Positions 10,179 to 20,252 are shown, numbered from the stretch's first letter. The stretch: 64,000 nucleotides of DNA from an uncultured Caulobacterales bacterium (GCA_964636945.1 CAZWVH010000005.1:770-64769); one strand, 5' to 3'. The notes: generated by a model from the letters alone, not told the origin. Numbers and translations are program-made.

Positions 10179-10823
10179 ATGCGTAGTGTGATGGCAGCTG
10201 TTGTCGGTTCGATGGGGCGTGCGGCATGTGCGATGCTCGCGTTTTGTGTGCTGTTTGCCAATTCTGCCCTGGCGCAAAGCCAAACCGAACAAGCCAAAGA
10301 ATTTGCCCGTGTTTTGGTGGAAGAACTTACGGCGAACGCCAATGATCCGGCTTTGGACGAGGCGCAAAAATCCGATCAGTATCGAATAATCTTACGCGAC
10401 AAACTCGCTGCCGATCCCATCGGCCGTTTTCTGTTTAACGGATCGCCCAATGCGCTGGCCACCGAAATGCAACGTCAACAATACACCGAGTTGTTCCCCG
10501 ATTATATCGCAGCCTCATTCGCTGATCAGATCGGCGCTCTAGCCGAACGAGAAATCATTATTCTTGGGGCTGTTTCGCGCGGAGACCAAGAAGCCATTGT
10601 GCAAAGCCGATTGCTTGATGCGTCAGGGCGTGAAAAGGCGGTGATCGACTGGCGCTTGCGTTGGTATGACGGCGAGCCTCAATTGCTGGACGTGCTGGTT
10701 GAGCGTGTTTCACCGCTGGTGACGAAACGCCAAGAATTTTCTTCATTGGCCTCGCGTCAGGGCGTTGATGCGTTGCTCGCCCACATGCGCGATGTGGTGA
10801 ATACCCAAGCTGAAGCCAGCTAA
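10179..10823 (+). CDS. MlaC/Ttg2D-family periplasmic lipid-binding protein (HpnM-like)
   Basis: Start placed at ATG 10179, preceded by GGAGG. Signal peptide ...FANSALA-QSQ. The body resembles the toluene-tolerance Ttg2D/MlaC family (FARVLVEEL..., DPIGRFLFNG..., YTELFPDYIAASFADQI). Confidence 0.7.
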   Translation: MRSVMAAVVGSMGRAACAMLAFCVLFANSALAQSQTEQAKEFARVLVEELTANANDPALDEAQKSDQYRIILRDKLAADPIGRFLFNGSPNALATEMQRQQYTELFPDYIAASFADQIGALAEREIIILGAVSRGDQEAIVQSRLLDASGREKAVIDWRLRWYDGEPQLLDVLVERVSPLVTKRQEFSSLASRQGVDALLAHMRDVVNTQAEAS

Positions 10824-10963
10824 GGCTCTGTTTGTTCACAGCTAACGCTTTACTCACCCATGTGGCATTTTTCTTTCGTTCAGCGAGAGAAGTTGCTGCC
10901 CCCTGATGACGTGCGCCCACTTGCATGAAATAGTGGCCTCATACCAAAACGTGAGGCGATGTG

Positions 10964-13900
10964 ATGATGCACTTTCAGCGGATGAGAACGTTTGGCGTCT
11001 TGGCTGCGGTCGTGGCGCTGTTAGCCGCGTGCGGTGGTTCGGAAGACCAAGACAGCCCATCATCACAGTCCACACCGACCAACATTGCGCCGGCGTCGGG
11101 CGCGGCACAGAGCGTGGCGTTGGAAAGCCGCGACAACAACGCACCACGCGCTGAGCCCGAGGCGCCGCGTCGCTTTGCCTATCTGAGATACCGCATCGAT
11201 ACGTCCCAGCGGAGTCCCCGGGCCTGTTTGGTGTTCTCCAAAGCGCTGAACGCATCACTGGACTATGGGCCCTATGTGCGTGTTTCGCGCTCTTCCTTGC
11301 CGGCGCTGAGTGTGGAAGGCGATGCGTTGTGTTTGGGCGGACTGGAGTTTGGTTCACAGGCCGCCGTCTCGGTTCTGGCTGGGTTGCCGTCGGCGGACGG
11401 GGACGAACTGGCCGCGGATGAAAGTGTGACCCTCGAATTTGCTGACCGGCCAGCCTTTGTTGGCTTCGCTGGGGACGGCGTGATCCTTCCGCGTAAGGAT
11501 GCGGACGGATTGGCGATCGAGACCGTCAATGTGGACACGCTCAAAATTGAGGTGAACCGCGTGAACGACCGCGCCCTGGCGTTCCGTCGGATTGTGGCGG
11601 GATACTCAGCTGGCGCTCGGGAATATGAACGTCTCTATGGCGATGAGAGCCCCAGCGGTGTGGGCAGCTTGATGTGGTCAGGGGAAATGGACGTGGAAAG
11701 CGAGCGCAATGCTCCCGCCACGACCGTATTCCCGCTGGCTGAAACCATCGGCGCTGCTGAGCCGGGCGCCTATGTGATTTCGGTGAGGGAAAAGACCGAC
11801 AATGACCGCGATTACGGCGTGGCGCGTGCGGAGCGGTGGATTGTGATCACCGATGTGGCGCTGACCGCATATCGTGGCAAGACCGGGCTATCGGTTGTCG
11901 CCCGGTCCTTGGATACAGCCAGGCCTTTAGCCGACACCCGAGTGGACTTGGTGGCGCGCAGTAATGAAGTTTTGGCGAGTGGGGAAACGGACGACTCAGG
12001 ACTGATCTCATTCGATCCAGCGATCTTGCGCGGCGAGGGACCCGATGCGCCGCGTCTTGCCCTGGCCTACGGACCAGAAGGCGACTTTGCCGTGCTCGAT
12101 TTGGAGCGCGCTCCGGTGGATTTGTCATCTCAGCCCGTGGGGGGACGTTATGGCGGCGGCGCCATTGAAGGATATCTCTACTTTGACCGCGGCATTTATC
12201 GTCCAGGGGAGACCGTTCGAGCCACCGCGCTTTTGCGCGATGGTGAGGCGCGGGCTGTGGATGATCGCGCTGGAACAATCACGGTGTATGCACCCAATGG
12301 CCTCGAGGCGCAGGTGGAGCGATTCGACGGCGCGCCGGAAGCTGGCGCTGTGCGTCTGGATTACGAGATTTCGACCAATGCCGCGCGTGGCCAGTGGCGG
12401 ATGGAAGTGGCCATCGATGGTATCGGGCCGGTGGCCTATGGCGGCTTTGCAGTGGAGGACTTTGTTCCCCAACGTGTGGCGTTGGAGTTGGAGGGCGACG
12501 TCGATACGCCGCTGGAAGCTGGCGATGTCGCTCAGGTTGATGCTGACGTGCGCTTTCTTTACGGCGCGCCAGGCGCTGGTCTCACGGTGGAAGGGGCTGG
12601 CCGCATCGAAGTGGACTATCAGCCCTTCGAGGATCTCGAGGACTTCAGTTTCGGTTTGCACGATCAGGGCTATTCGGCCACGCGCATCGAAGCGGCCGAC
12701 GCCGTAGCGGATGGCCAAGGCAGAGCGACCTTGGTGTTCGATCCTGAGAATGAGGGCGTTGATTCCATGCGTCCATTGTCACTGCGTTTGGTGGTTTCAG
12801 CCCTCGAGCCGGGCGGGCGGCCGGTGTCGGAAAACATTCGCTTCGCCTATCGCCCGCGCGATCGCTATTTGGGCCTGAAAGTTGGCGATGCAGGAACCAA
12901 GGTCGACACGCCGCTGAGCTTTGACGCCGTGTTGGTTGACGCCCAAGGTGAAGGGCGTCCGGGACGAGCAGACTGGACTTTGGTTCGGGTCGATGTGGAC
13001 TATGACTGGTTCCGCCAGTCCAACGGCCAGTGGCAGTGGCGCCGGTCTGAGCGCACAGTGCCCATTCAATCTGGCGAAACTGAGTTTTCTGCGCAAGGAC
13101 GAGCGCAGATCACCACACAGCCGCTCGACTATGGCCGCTACGAATTGCGCTTTAACAGCGGCAATGGCGGCGCGCAGGCCAGCCTGTCATTCTATGCCAG
13201 TTGGTGGGGCGACCCTTCTCGCCAGGGCGGGATTGACGCGCCTGACCAAGTCCAGGTTGTGGGGCCGTCTGACCCCGTCAATGTTGGCGACACGGTGGAA
13301 TTCCGGCTGGATGCGCCTTATGCGGGGTTCGCTGAAGTGGTCCTGGCTAGCGATGAGGTGTTGGAGCGACGCACGCTGCGCCTTCCTGAAAATGGCGCCA
13401 CGGTGAGCTTTACCGCCAGCGAGGACTGGGGCGCGGGCGCGTATGTGATGGCCAGCGTGTACACCCCGCGAGATCCTGTGGCCGAACCACGACCGCGCAG
13501 AGCTGTAGGCGTGGCGCATGCGCCGATTGATGTCAGCGCTCGGACATTCTCAATGGAGGTGGACGCGCCTGAGGTGGCCCGGCCGCGCGAACAAATGACG
13601 CTCACCCTTACGGCCGAAGGACCAATCGACGAGAACGCCTATGTGACGCTCGCCGCAGTGGACGAAGGGATTTTGCGGCTCACAAAGTTTGAATCGCCCA
13701 AGCCATCAGAATTTTTCTTTGGCAAGCGTGCATTAGCGGTGGATTTGTTCGACGATTACGGACGGGTTCTGGATCCAAACCAAGGAGCGGCGGCTGAAGT
13801 GCGCTCGGGTGGCGACAGTCTTGGCGGTCCGGGCTTGTCCGTGGTGCCGACCAAAACCGTGGCGCTCTTTGAGGGGCCGGTCGCGTTTAATCGGCGTGGC

Positions 13901-15898
13901 GAGGCGGAGATCACTTTCGATTTGCCCGATTTTAATGGGCAATTGCGACTGATGGCTGTGGCATGGTCTGCGACCGGCGTCGGCGAAATGAGTGAGCCTT
14001 TGATCATTCGCGACCCTGTGGCGGTGGATATGGTGTTGCCGCGGTTCTTGGCGCCCGGCGACGAAGCGTTCGCCACACTGTCGTTGGATAATGTGGAAGG
14101 CGAGGCCGGCGATTATCGCGCTCGTATCGAAGCGGATAGTCCGCTTGACGTGACAAAGTCCGGCGCCCTCGAGGTGCAGCTTGGTCAGGGCGAGCGTGTT
14201 GATCGCAGCGTTTCGCTGGCGGCGGCGGACAGTGAAGGGGTTGCGGAGATTACCGTCGACGCCTCAGGACCGCGCCGGTTTTCGGTGGAGCACGCTTATC
14301 CCATCCAGGTTCGGTCAGCATTTTTGCCGGTCAGCGTGGTCGATCGCGGTCGATTGGAGCCGGGCGAACGTTATGATCCTCCGGCCGATTCGCTGATGAG
14401 CTTTGCTCCAGGCTCGGTGGAGGTGTCGGTGAGTTTCTCTGCTTTCCCCATCGACGCAGGGGCGCTTTATGAATCGCTTAGTCGGTATCCCTATGGGTGC
14501 TCAGAGCAAATTGTCTCTCGGGCCATGCCTCTTGTGTATGCGGGACAAGCCGCCGCGTTAGCGCAACGGGACGATGACGGCGAATCCGTGCGATTGGTGC
14601 AAGACGCGGTTGAGAGCCTGTTGGCGCGTCAGTCAAGCGACGGCGCATTCGGTCTGTGGCGTGTTGGCGATCGCAATGCTTCGCCATGGCTGGGCGCATA
14701 TATCACCGACTTCCTCTACCGCGCCAAGCAGGCTGGCGCCCCGGTGCCGGACGCGGCGCTCGAACAGGCCTATGCAGCGTTGTCTCCGCTGGCCGAAGGC
14801 GAGCCATATCGCGCCTATGGATACGACACCGCCCGCAATTGGGACGATGACGAAGCCCCATGGTGGTTCGGCGATACTTATGACCGGCGCATGGCGCGCG
14901 CCAAGGCCTATGCAGCCTATGTTCTAGCCCGAGCCGGCCGGATGGACGTGTCACGCTTACGCTATATCCATGATGAAGAGATGGAGGTCTTGCGCAGTCC
15001 GTTGGCGCGCGCACAAATCGGCGCCGCTCTGGCATTCATGGGCGATCAGGCACGTGCGGTCAGCGCCTTCGACGGTGCGGAGGATCGCATCGGCTATACC
15101 AACCGTGGCAATTACTATCAGTCAGCAACGCGCGATCTGGCGGGGATCACGGCGTTGGCCGCCGAAGCTGGCGAGACCGAATTAACCACGCGGCTCACCG
15201 AACAGCTCGCCCAGACCGCAGTGGAGCCTGAGCGGCTGACCACGCAAGAAAAGGCATTCTTGCTGATGGCGCTGAACTCCGTAACTGGTGGCGAGCAAGT
15301 CCGGATCAATGCGCGCGGTGCTGACGAAGATCGCACGGGTCAATACTCGCTCACCGGCGAGCAGCTGAGTGAGGGCGCATCATTCACCAACCGCGGCAAC
15401 GCCGCAGTTTGGCGCACAACCATTGTGCGCGGCGCTCCGACCACGCCTCCCGATGCGGTTGCAGAAGGGGTGTCGGTGTCCAAGACCGTGTGGGATTTAG
15501 ACGGCGCAACAGCCAATCTGTCCGATGTGCGCCAGGGCGATCAGTTCATCGTGGAAATCGCCTTGCGTCCGCGCAACCGGCGTCTGGCGCCCATGATCGT
15601 CGCCGACCTACTGCCGGCTGGCTTTGAAATCGAAGCGACACTCTCGCCAGACGATGTGAGGGAAGGGCCATTTGCTTGGGTTGGCGAATTGGCGCGCTTG
15701 AAAGCATCCGAAGAGCGCGATGATCGGTTTGTGGCGGCGTTGGACCTCAGGGGGGAACCGGCAACCATCGCCTACATGGTTCGTGCGGTGACGCCCGGAG
15801 TTTTCACCGCACCTGGCGCTGTGGCCGAGAACATGTATAAGCCCGACGAATTTGGCCGTTCAGCCTCGTCAACGATCACCATTGCTCAAGCAGGCTAG
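10964..15898 (+). CDS. Bacterial alpha-2-macroglobulin family lipoprotein (YfhM-like) with intact thioester motif
   Basis: About 1644 aa. Lipobox VALLAACGG. Thioester CSEQ in YPYGCSEQIVSR (nt 14498..14509). Followed directly by pbpC, the classic pairing. The start could be GTG 10961 or ATG 10964/10967. Confidence 0.9.
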   Translation: MMHFQRMRTFGVLAAVVALLAACGGSEDQDSPSSQSTPTNIAPASGAAQSVALESRDNNAPRAEPEAPRRFAYLRYRIDTSQRSPRACLVFSKALNASLDYGPYVRVSRSSLPALSVEGDALCLGGLEFGSQAAVSVLAGLPSADGDELAADESVTLEFADRPAFVGFAGDGVILPRKDADGLAIETVNVDTLKIEVNRVNDRALAFRRIVAGYSAGAREYERLYGDESPSGVGSLMWSGEMDVESERNAPATTVFPLAETIGAAEPGAYVISVREKTDNDRDYGVARAERWIVITDVALTAYRGKTGLSVVARSLDTARPLADTRVDLVARSNEVLASGETDDSGLISFDPAILRGEGPDAPRLALAYGPEGDFAVLDLERAPVDLSSQPVGGRYGGGAIEGYLYFDRGIYRPGETVRATALLRDGEARAVDDRAGTITVYAPNGLEAQVERFDGAPEAGAVRLDYEISTNAARGQWRMEVAIDGIGPVAYGGFAVEDFVPQRVALELEGDVDTPLEAGDVAQVDADVRFLYGAPGAGLTVEGAGRIEVDYQPFEDLEDFSFGLHDQGYSATRIEAADAVADGQGRATLVFDPENEGVDSMRPLSLRLVVSALEPGGRPVSENIRFAYRPRDRYLGLKVGDAGTKVDTPLSFDAVLVDAQGEGRPGRADWTLVRVDVDYDWFRQSNGQWQWRRSERTVPIQSGETEFSAQGRAQITTQPLDYGRYELRFNSGNGGAQASLSFYASWWGDPSRQGGIDAPDQVQVVGPSDPVNVGDTVEFRLDAPYAGFAEVVLASDEVLERRTLRLPENGATVSFTASEDWGAGAYVMASVYTPRDPVAEPRPRRAVGVAHAPIDVSARTFSMEVDAPEVARPREQMTLTLTAEGPIDENAYVTLAAVDEGILRLTKFESPKPSEFFFGKRALAVDLFDDYGRVLDPNQGAAAEVRSGGDSLGGPGLSVVPTKTVALFEGPVAFNRRGEAEITFDLPDFNGQLRLMAVAWSATGVGEMSEPLIIRDPVAVDMVLPRFLAPGDEAFATLSLDNVEGEAGDYRARIEADSPLDVTKSGALEVQLGQGERVDRSVSLAAADSEGVAEITVDASGPRRFSVEHAYPIQVRSAFLPVSVVDRGRLEPGERYDPPADSLMSFAPGSVEVSVSFSAFPIDAGALYESLSRYPYGCSEQIVSRAMPLVYAGQAAALAQRDDDGESVRLVQDAVESLLARQSSDGAFGLWRVGDRNASPWLGAYITDFLYRAKQAGAPVPDAALEQAYAALSPLAEGEPYRAYGYDTARNWDDDEAPWWFGDTYDRRMARAKAYAAYVLARAGRMDVSRLRYIHDEEMEVLRSPLARAQIGAALAFMGDQARAVSAFDGAEDRIGYTNRGNYYQSATRDLAGITALAAEAGETELTTRLTEQLAQTAVEPERLTTQEKAFLLMALNSVTGGEQVRINARGADEDRTGQYSLTGEQLSEGASFTNRGNAAVWRTTIVRGAPTTPPDAVAEGVSVSKTVWDLDGATANLSDVRQGDQFIVEIALRPRNRRLAPMIVADLLPAGFEIEATLSPDDVREGPFAWVGELARLKASEERDDRFVAALDLRGEPATIAYMVRAVTPGVFTAPGAVAENMYKPDEFGRSASSTITIAQAG

Positions 15899-15905
15899 AC
15901 ACGTC

Positions 15906-18008
15906 ATGCCAGGGTTGAGGCGCATCATCGTTGGGGGGCTGAGCGCCCTCCTGGCCTTGGGCGTTGGGCTGATTGCGCTTGATTTGATCTTTCCCCCGCC
16001 ACTGCACAATGTTGGCGCGACCTCGTTGGTTGTCGCCGACCGGGGTGGGCGCACACTGCGCGCCTTTTCCGTCGAAGACGGCCGTTGGCGATTGGCTGCT
16101 GACTTGGACCGCGTGGATCCGCGGTTTGTCGACGCGCTCATCGCCATGGAAGACAAGCGCTTTTTTGCCCATGCCGGTGTGGATATCCTGGCGCTGTCGC
16201 GTGCCGCGAAGTCCAATCTAGCGAGTGGCCGCGTAATCTCTGGGGGGTCGACACTCTCGATGCAAACAGCGCGTTTGTTGGAGCCGCGCGAACGCACATT
16301 GAGCGCCAAGATCTTTCAGATCGCCCGAGCCACTCAGCTTGAGCGACGCATGAGCAAGCGTGAAATCCTGGAGCTTTATCTTACGCTTGCGCCCTATGGC
16401 GGTAATTTGGAAGGCGTGCGCGCTGCGAGTTGGGCCTATTTCAATCGCGAACCAGAGCAGCTTACTTGGGATCAAATCGCGTTGCTGATTGCGCTGCCAC
16501 AATCACCCGAAGCGCGCCGACCTGACTTACGGCCTGAAGCGGCTCGCCTCGCGCGTGCACGTGTCCTTGATCGCTTGGTTGACGCCGGCTTGGTCGACCG
16601 TCAGCGGGCTGGCGAAGCCAAGGCGGCGGCCATATCCGAAAGACAAGCTTTTCCCGCGTTGGCTTGGCATGCAGCAGAGGGCCTGAACAACCGCTCTGCG
16701 GCACAGGCTGACAATGTGAATACATTGCGCTCAACCATCGACATCGGCGCGCAAAAGCAAGTGGCGAACACGTTACGCCAAAGCATCAACGCCGAGCAGC
16801 ACGATATTCAGTTCGCAGCACTGGTCGTTGAAATAGAAACGCGCGCTGTACGCGCCGCTGTTGGCTCTGCGGGGCGAGACCGGCCCGGTGGGTGGATCGA
16901 TCTCACTAACAGGCATCGATCGCCGGGCTCGACGCTCAAGCCGTTTATTTATGCGCTCGCCTTTGATGATGGCTTGGCCGCAGGGCATACGCGCGTGTCC
17001 GACTTGCCGCGTCGGTTTGGCACTTACCAGCCCGACAACTTTGAGGGTGTCTTTCACGGTGAAGTCAGCATCGCAGAGGCTTTGCAATACTCGCTCAACG
17101 TGCCAGCGGTGATGACTTTAGATGTTGTGGGGCCTGACCGGTTCGCAGCGACCCTCGACGCAGCCGGCGCGCCGCCCCTTATCCCACAACGCGCGGATGA
17201 CCACGCAGGATTGGCCGTCGCGCTAGGCGGTTGGGGGCTGACCGTTCGGGACATCGCCACGCTCTATGCCGCGCTCGGCGATGGCGGCATGGTCCGGCCT
17301 CTAGTTTGGTTAGAAAGCGAAACGCAAGCCGCGCCGGATGGGCGACGCCTGATGTCCTCGGAAACGGCCACAGAGATCTTGGAGATTTTACGCACAGCCC
17401 CAGCGCCCAAAGGCCGCGCCCCGGCTGCGCTGACCCGGGGAGGTCCCAATGTCGCTTTTAAGACCGGCACCTCCTATGGATTTCGGGACGCTTGGGCAGC
17501 TGGTGTCGCCGGCGGCCATGTGGTGGTAGTTTGGACTGGACGAGCTGATGGCGCACCGTCATCGCGCCGAACCGGACGTGACGCCGCTTTGCCCGTTTTG
17601 TTTGATGTTTTCGATGCGTTAAGCGCATTGGGATTGTTAGAGGAAGACCGGTCGGGCGTCGCTGCAGTTCCCGAACGCACGCCCAGCTCTGGACCTCTGA
17701 CGCAATTGGAGCGCAACGACGCGGCCCCTCATATCCTCTTCCCGCCTGACGGGACCGAAGTGCTCGCTGAACACGGGGGCGAGGGTGGGGTTCGGCCATT
17801 TGTTTTGGCGGGCCGGGGTGCAGGACGACTGCGCTGGTATGTGGATGGCGAGCCCGCGCCGACTGACGAGATGGGCGCCCCCCTTTGGATACCAATGAAG
17901 CCGGGTTTCTACGCCATCGCTGCCGTGGATCCGGAGGGGCGATCAACCACGTCCTTGGTCCGCGTGCGCATGGCGGACAATGGCCGGGTTGGGTCGGCGC
18001 AGTTATAG
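15906..18008 (+). CDS. pbpC: Penicillin-binding protein 1C (bifunctional transglycosylase/transpeptidase)
   Basis: Start at ATG 15906, 8 nt after the A2M stop (MPGLRRIIVGGLSALLAL TM anchor). GT51 motif EDKRFFAHAGVD. TPase motifs STLK, SLN, KTGTS. Confidence 0.9.
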   Translation: MPGLRRIIVGGLSALLALGVGLIALDLIFPPPLHNVGATSLVVADRGGRTLRAFSVEDGRWRLAADLDRVDPRFVDALIAMEDKRFFAHAGVDILALSRAAKSNLASGRVISGGSTLSMQTARLLEPRERTLSAKIFQIARATQLERRMSKREILELYLTLAPYGGNLEGVRAASWAYFNREPEQLTWDQIALLIALPQSPEARRPDLRPEAARLARARVLDRLVDAGLVDRQRAGEAKAAAISERQAFPALAWHAAEGLNNRSAAQADNVNTLRSTIDIGAQKQVANTLRQSINAEQHDIQFAALVVEIETRAVRAAVGSAGRDRPGGWIDLTNRHRSPGSTLKPFIYALAFDDGLAAGHTRVSDLPRRFGTYQPDNFEGVFHGEVSIAEALQYSLNVPAVMTLDVVGPDRFAATLDAAGAPPLIPQRADDHAGLAVALGGWGLTVRDIATLYAALGDGGMVRPLVWLESETQAAPDGRRLMSSETATEILEILRTAPAPKGRAPAALTRGGPNVAFKTGTSYGFRDAWAAGVAGGHVVVVWTGRADGAPSSRRTGRDAALPVLFDVFDALSALGLLEEDRSGVAAVPERTPSSGPLTQLERNDAAPHILFPPDGTEVLAEHGGEGGVRPFVLAGRGAGRLRWYVDGEPAPTDEMGAPLWIPMKPGFYAIAAVDPEGRSTTSLVRVRMADNGRVGSAQL

Positions 18009-18082
18009 CTGGCCGCCACCCCTTGTTTTCTTCGCCGACAGAACAAGGTCCCACAGGTCCATTTCAGTGAAAGAAGCCGCCC

Positions 18083-19123
18083 ATGTCTCTGCCCCCGCCA
18101 TTACCCGCCAAACCCGCCGATCATCCTGACATCGCCGGAGGCAAGGTCGGTGTATTGTTGGTCAATCTTGGTACGCCGGATGGGCATGATTATTTTTCGT
18201 TGCGGCGTTATCTGAGCGAATTTTTAAGCGATCGGCGCGTGATCGAATATCCGCCTTGGCTATGGCAGCCGCTGCTCCAAGGTGTGATCTTGACTGTACG
18301 CCCGTTTCGCTCTGGTGCTGCGTACAAATCCATCTGGCGCGAGGACACTGACGAATCACCGCTGCGCTATTTCACCCGCCGTCAGGCGGAAGGACTGAGT
18401 AACCGGATCGGCTCTGATCAGGTAACGGTGGATTGGGCCATGCGCTATGGCAATCCGAGCATCAAGAGCCGGCTAGAGCACTTGGTCGAGCAGGGATGTG
18501 ATCGTATTGTCCTCTTGCCGCTGTATCCACAGTATTCGGCCTCAACCACAGGCACGGTCAATGATGAGGCATTCCGTGCGCTTCAGGCCATGCGTCGGCA
18601 GCCCGCAATCCGCACGGCGCCTGCGTTTCACGATCATCCCACCTATATCGAGGCGTTGGCTGCGACGTTGGAGCGCCAAGTGGCGGCGTTGGACTTTGAA
18701 CCACAGACGGTCCTCTTATCGTTTCACGGATTGCCTCAATCCTACTTTGAAAAAGGCGATCCCTATCATTGCCATTGCGCCAAGACCGCCCGGCTGGTGA
18801 CGCAAAGGCTGGGCTGGCCGCAGGACAAAGTGCGCCTGACGTTTCAATCCCGCTTTGGGCCAACCCAATGGCTTCAGCCCTACACTGATAAAACGCTGGA
18901 AGCTCTACCGGGAGAGGGTGTCACACGGGTGGCCGTGGCCACGCCGGGTTTCATTTCAGACTGCGTGGAAACGCTGGAGGAAATCGCCATTGAGGGCGCG
19001 GAGGCATTCCATGAAGCAGGCGGTGAGGCGTTCGCCGCCTTGCCATGTTTGAATGACAGCGATGCCGCGATCGATTTGCTGGAGCAGTTAGCGGTGCAGG
19101 AATTGCGAGGCTGGGTGGATTAA
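18083..19123 (+). CDS. hemH: Ferrochelatase
   Basis: 346 aa. GVLLVNLGTPD, LPLYPQYS, FHGLP...DPYHCHC, FQSRFGP.WL.PYT. Confidence 0.95.
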   Translation: MSLPPPLPAKPADHPDIAGGKVGVLLVNLGTPDGHDYFSLRRYLSEFLSDRRVIEYPPWLWQPLLQGVILTVRPFRSGAAYKSIWREDTDESPLRYFTRRQAEGLSNRIGSDQVTVDWAMRYGNPSIKSRLEHLVEQGCDRIVLLPLYPQYSASTTGTVNDEAFRALQAMRRQPAIRTAPAFHDHPTYIEALAATLERQVAALDFEPQTVLLSFHGLPQSYFEKGDPYHCHCAKTARLVTQRLGWPQDKVRLTFQSRFGPTQWLQPYTDKTLEALPGEGVTRVAVATPGFISDCVETLEEIAIEGAEAFHEAGGEAFAALPCLNDSDAAIDLLEQLAVQELRGWVD

Positions 19124-19144
19124 GTCATGCTCGCCGCGACGGCG

Positions 19145-20152
19145 TCATGCAATTCCCGCGCGCAAGCAATCGTGCATATGCAACACCCCCACTGGTGCGC
19201 CGGCGTCATCAAGGGCAAACAGCACCGTGATCTTTACATCCGTTGCGGTCATTTTGCGTAGAGCGTCGGCCGCAAGATCCTCTGGGCGCACTGTGCGCGG
19301 TGCATGGGTCATCACCTCGCCAGCCGTCTGGGTGAGCAGGTCAGCACCCATATGGCGTCGCAAATCGCCATCCGTGATCACGCCGGCCAATGCGCCGTCT
19401 TGACCCACCACGCCGGCGCAACCAAAGCCCTTGGCAGTCATTGTCACCAGCGCATCAGCCATCGAGGTCCTTTCGTCCACCAAAGGCAGTGCTTCGCCGG
19501 TATGCATGAGATCGGAGACCTTTGCGAGCGCCGCCCCCAATGCGCCGCCGGGATGAAATCGGCGAAAATCATCAGCCGAGAATCCGCGCCGCTCCAGCAA
19601 AGCCACTGCCAGCGCATCACCCAGCGCCATCTGCAAGGTGGTGGAGGTGGTGGGCGCGCCGGTTTCACTGCAGGCTTCGGCGGCGTCGGGCAGCAACACC
19701 ACAATGTCTGCGGCCTTGGCCAGTTGACTATCCTCGCCCGCAGTGATCGCGATTAAGGGGACCCCAAACCGCCGGGTATAGCCGATCAAGTCTGCAAACT
19801 CGGACGTGTTGCCTGATTTGGATAGTGCAACCACAGCATCCCGCGGCGTGATCATGCCCAAATCGCCATGGCTCGCCTCAGTGGGATGAACGAATTGGGC
19901 CGGTGCGCCAGTGGAGGCGAAGGTGGCGGCCACCTTGCGCCCGACATGGCCGCTCTTGCCAACGCCCGCCACGATGATCCGGCCCTCTAGTCCTGCCAGC
20001 ACGTCGACAGCCTTAGCGAATGGCGCGCCAATGCTGTCCTCAAGCATGCCAAGGCCTTGAGCCTCAGTGGCGATGACGCGTTTGCCCGCCTGGATGGCGA
20101 TGGAAGGGTCGTCGGCTGTCGACGATGGGGCAGTGGGGGTCAAAGCGGACAT
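19145..20152 (-). CDS. kdsD: KpsF/GutQ-family arabinose-5-phosphate isomerase (SIS + tandem CBS)
   Basis: 335 aa. SIS motif GVGKSGHVGRKVAATFASTGAPA, then two CBS-like repeats at the C-terminus. Confidence 0.85.
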   Translation of the reverse strand: MSALTPTAPSSTADDPSIAIQAGKRVIATEAQGLGMLEDSIGAPFAKAVDVLAGLEGRIIVAGVGKSGHVGRKVAATFASTGAPAQFVHPTEASHGDLGMITPRDAVVALSKSGNTSEFADLIGYTRRFGVPLIAITAGEDSQLAKAADIVVLLPDAAEACSETGAPTTSTTLQMALGDALAVALLERRGFSADDFRRFHPGGALGAALAKVSDLMHTGEALPLVDERTSMADALVTMTAKGFGCAGVVGQDGALAGVITDGDLRRHMGADLLTQTAGEVMTHAPRTVRPEDLAADALRKMTATDVKITVLFALDDAGAPVGVLHMHDCLRAGIA

Positions 20153-20185
20153 CCGTGTGTCAATTGATCAACATTGCGCTGGCCT

Positions 20186-20224
20186 AAAATGAAAAGGGCG
20201 CAACGGCAAGCCACCGCTGCGCCC
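20186..20224 (-). terminator. Rho-independent terminator after the RND pump gene
   Basis: On the minus strand: GGGCGCAGCGG - 7-nt loop - CCGTTGCGCCC (one mismatch), followed by TTTTCATTTT. Lies 28 nt downstream of the RND stop. Confidence 0.65.
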
Positions 20225-20252
20225 ATGTCAGTTTCAATTGCGCGGCTTTGGA

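Noticed and set aside
7528-10823. Calling the MMPL/MlaC pair bona fide hopanoid transporters hpnN/hpnM
   Set aside because: No squalene-hopene cyclase or other hpn genes are visible in this window, so the substrate cannot be inferred. Only 'HpnN/HpnM-like' is justified.
12045-12718. ORFs 12045..12707 (+, 220 aa) and 12125..12718 (-, 197 aa) inside the alpha-2-macroglobulin gene
   Set aside because: Alternative-frame and antisense ORFs inside a continuous 1644-aa CDS that has clear family motifs.
17458-18054. Minus ORF of 198 aa at the pbpC 3' end
   Set aside because: Arg/Pro-rich shadow ORF antisense to pbpC.
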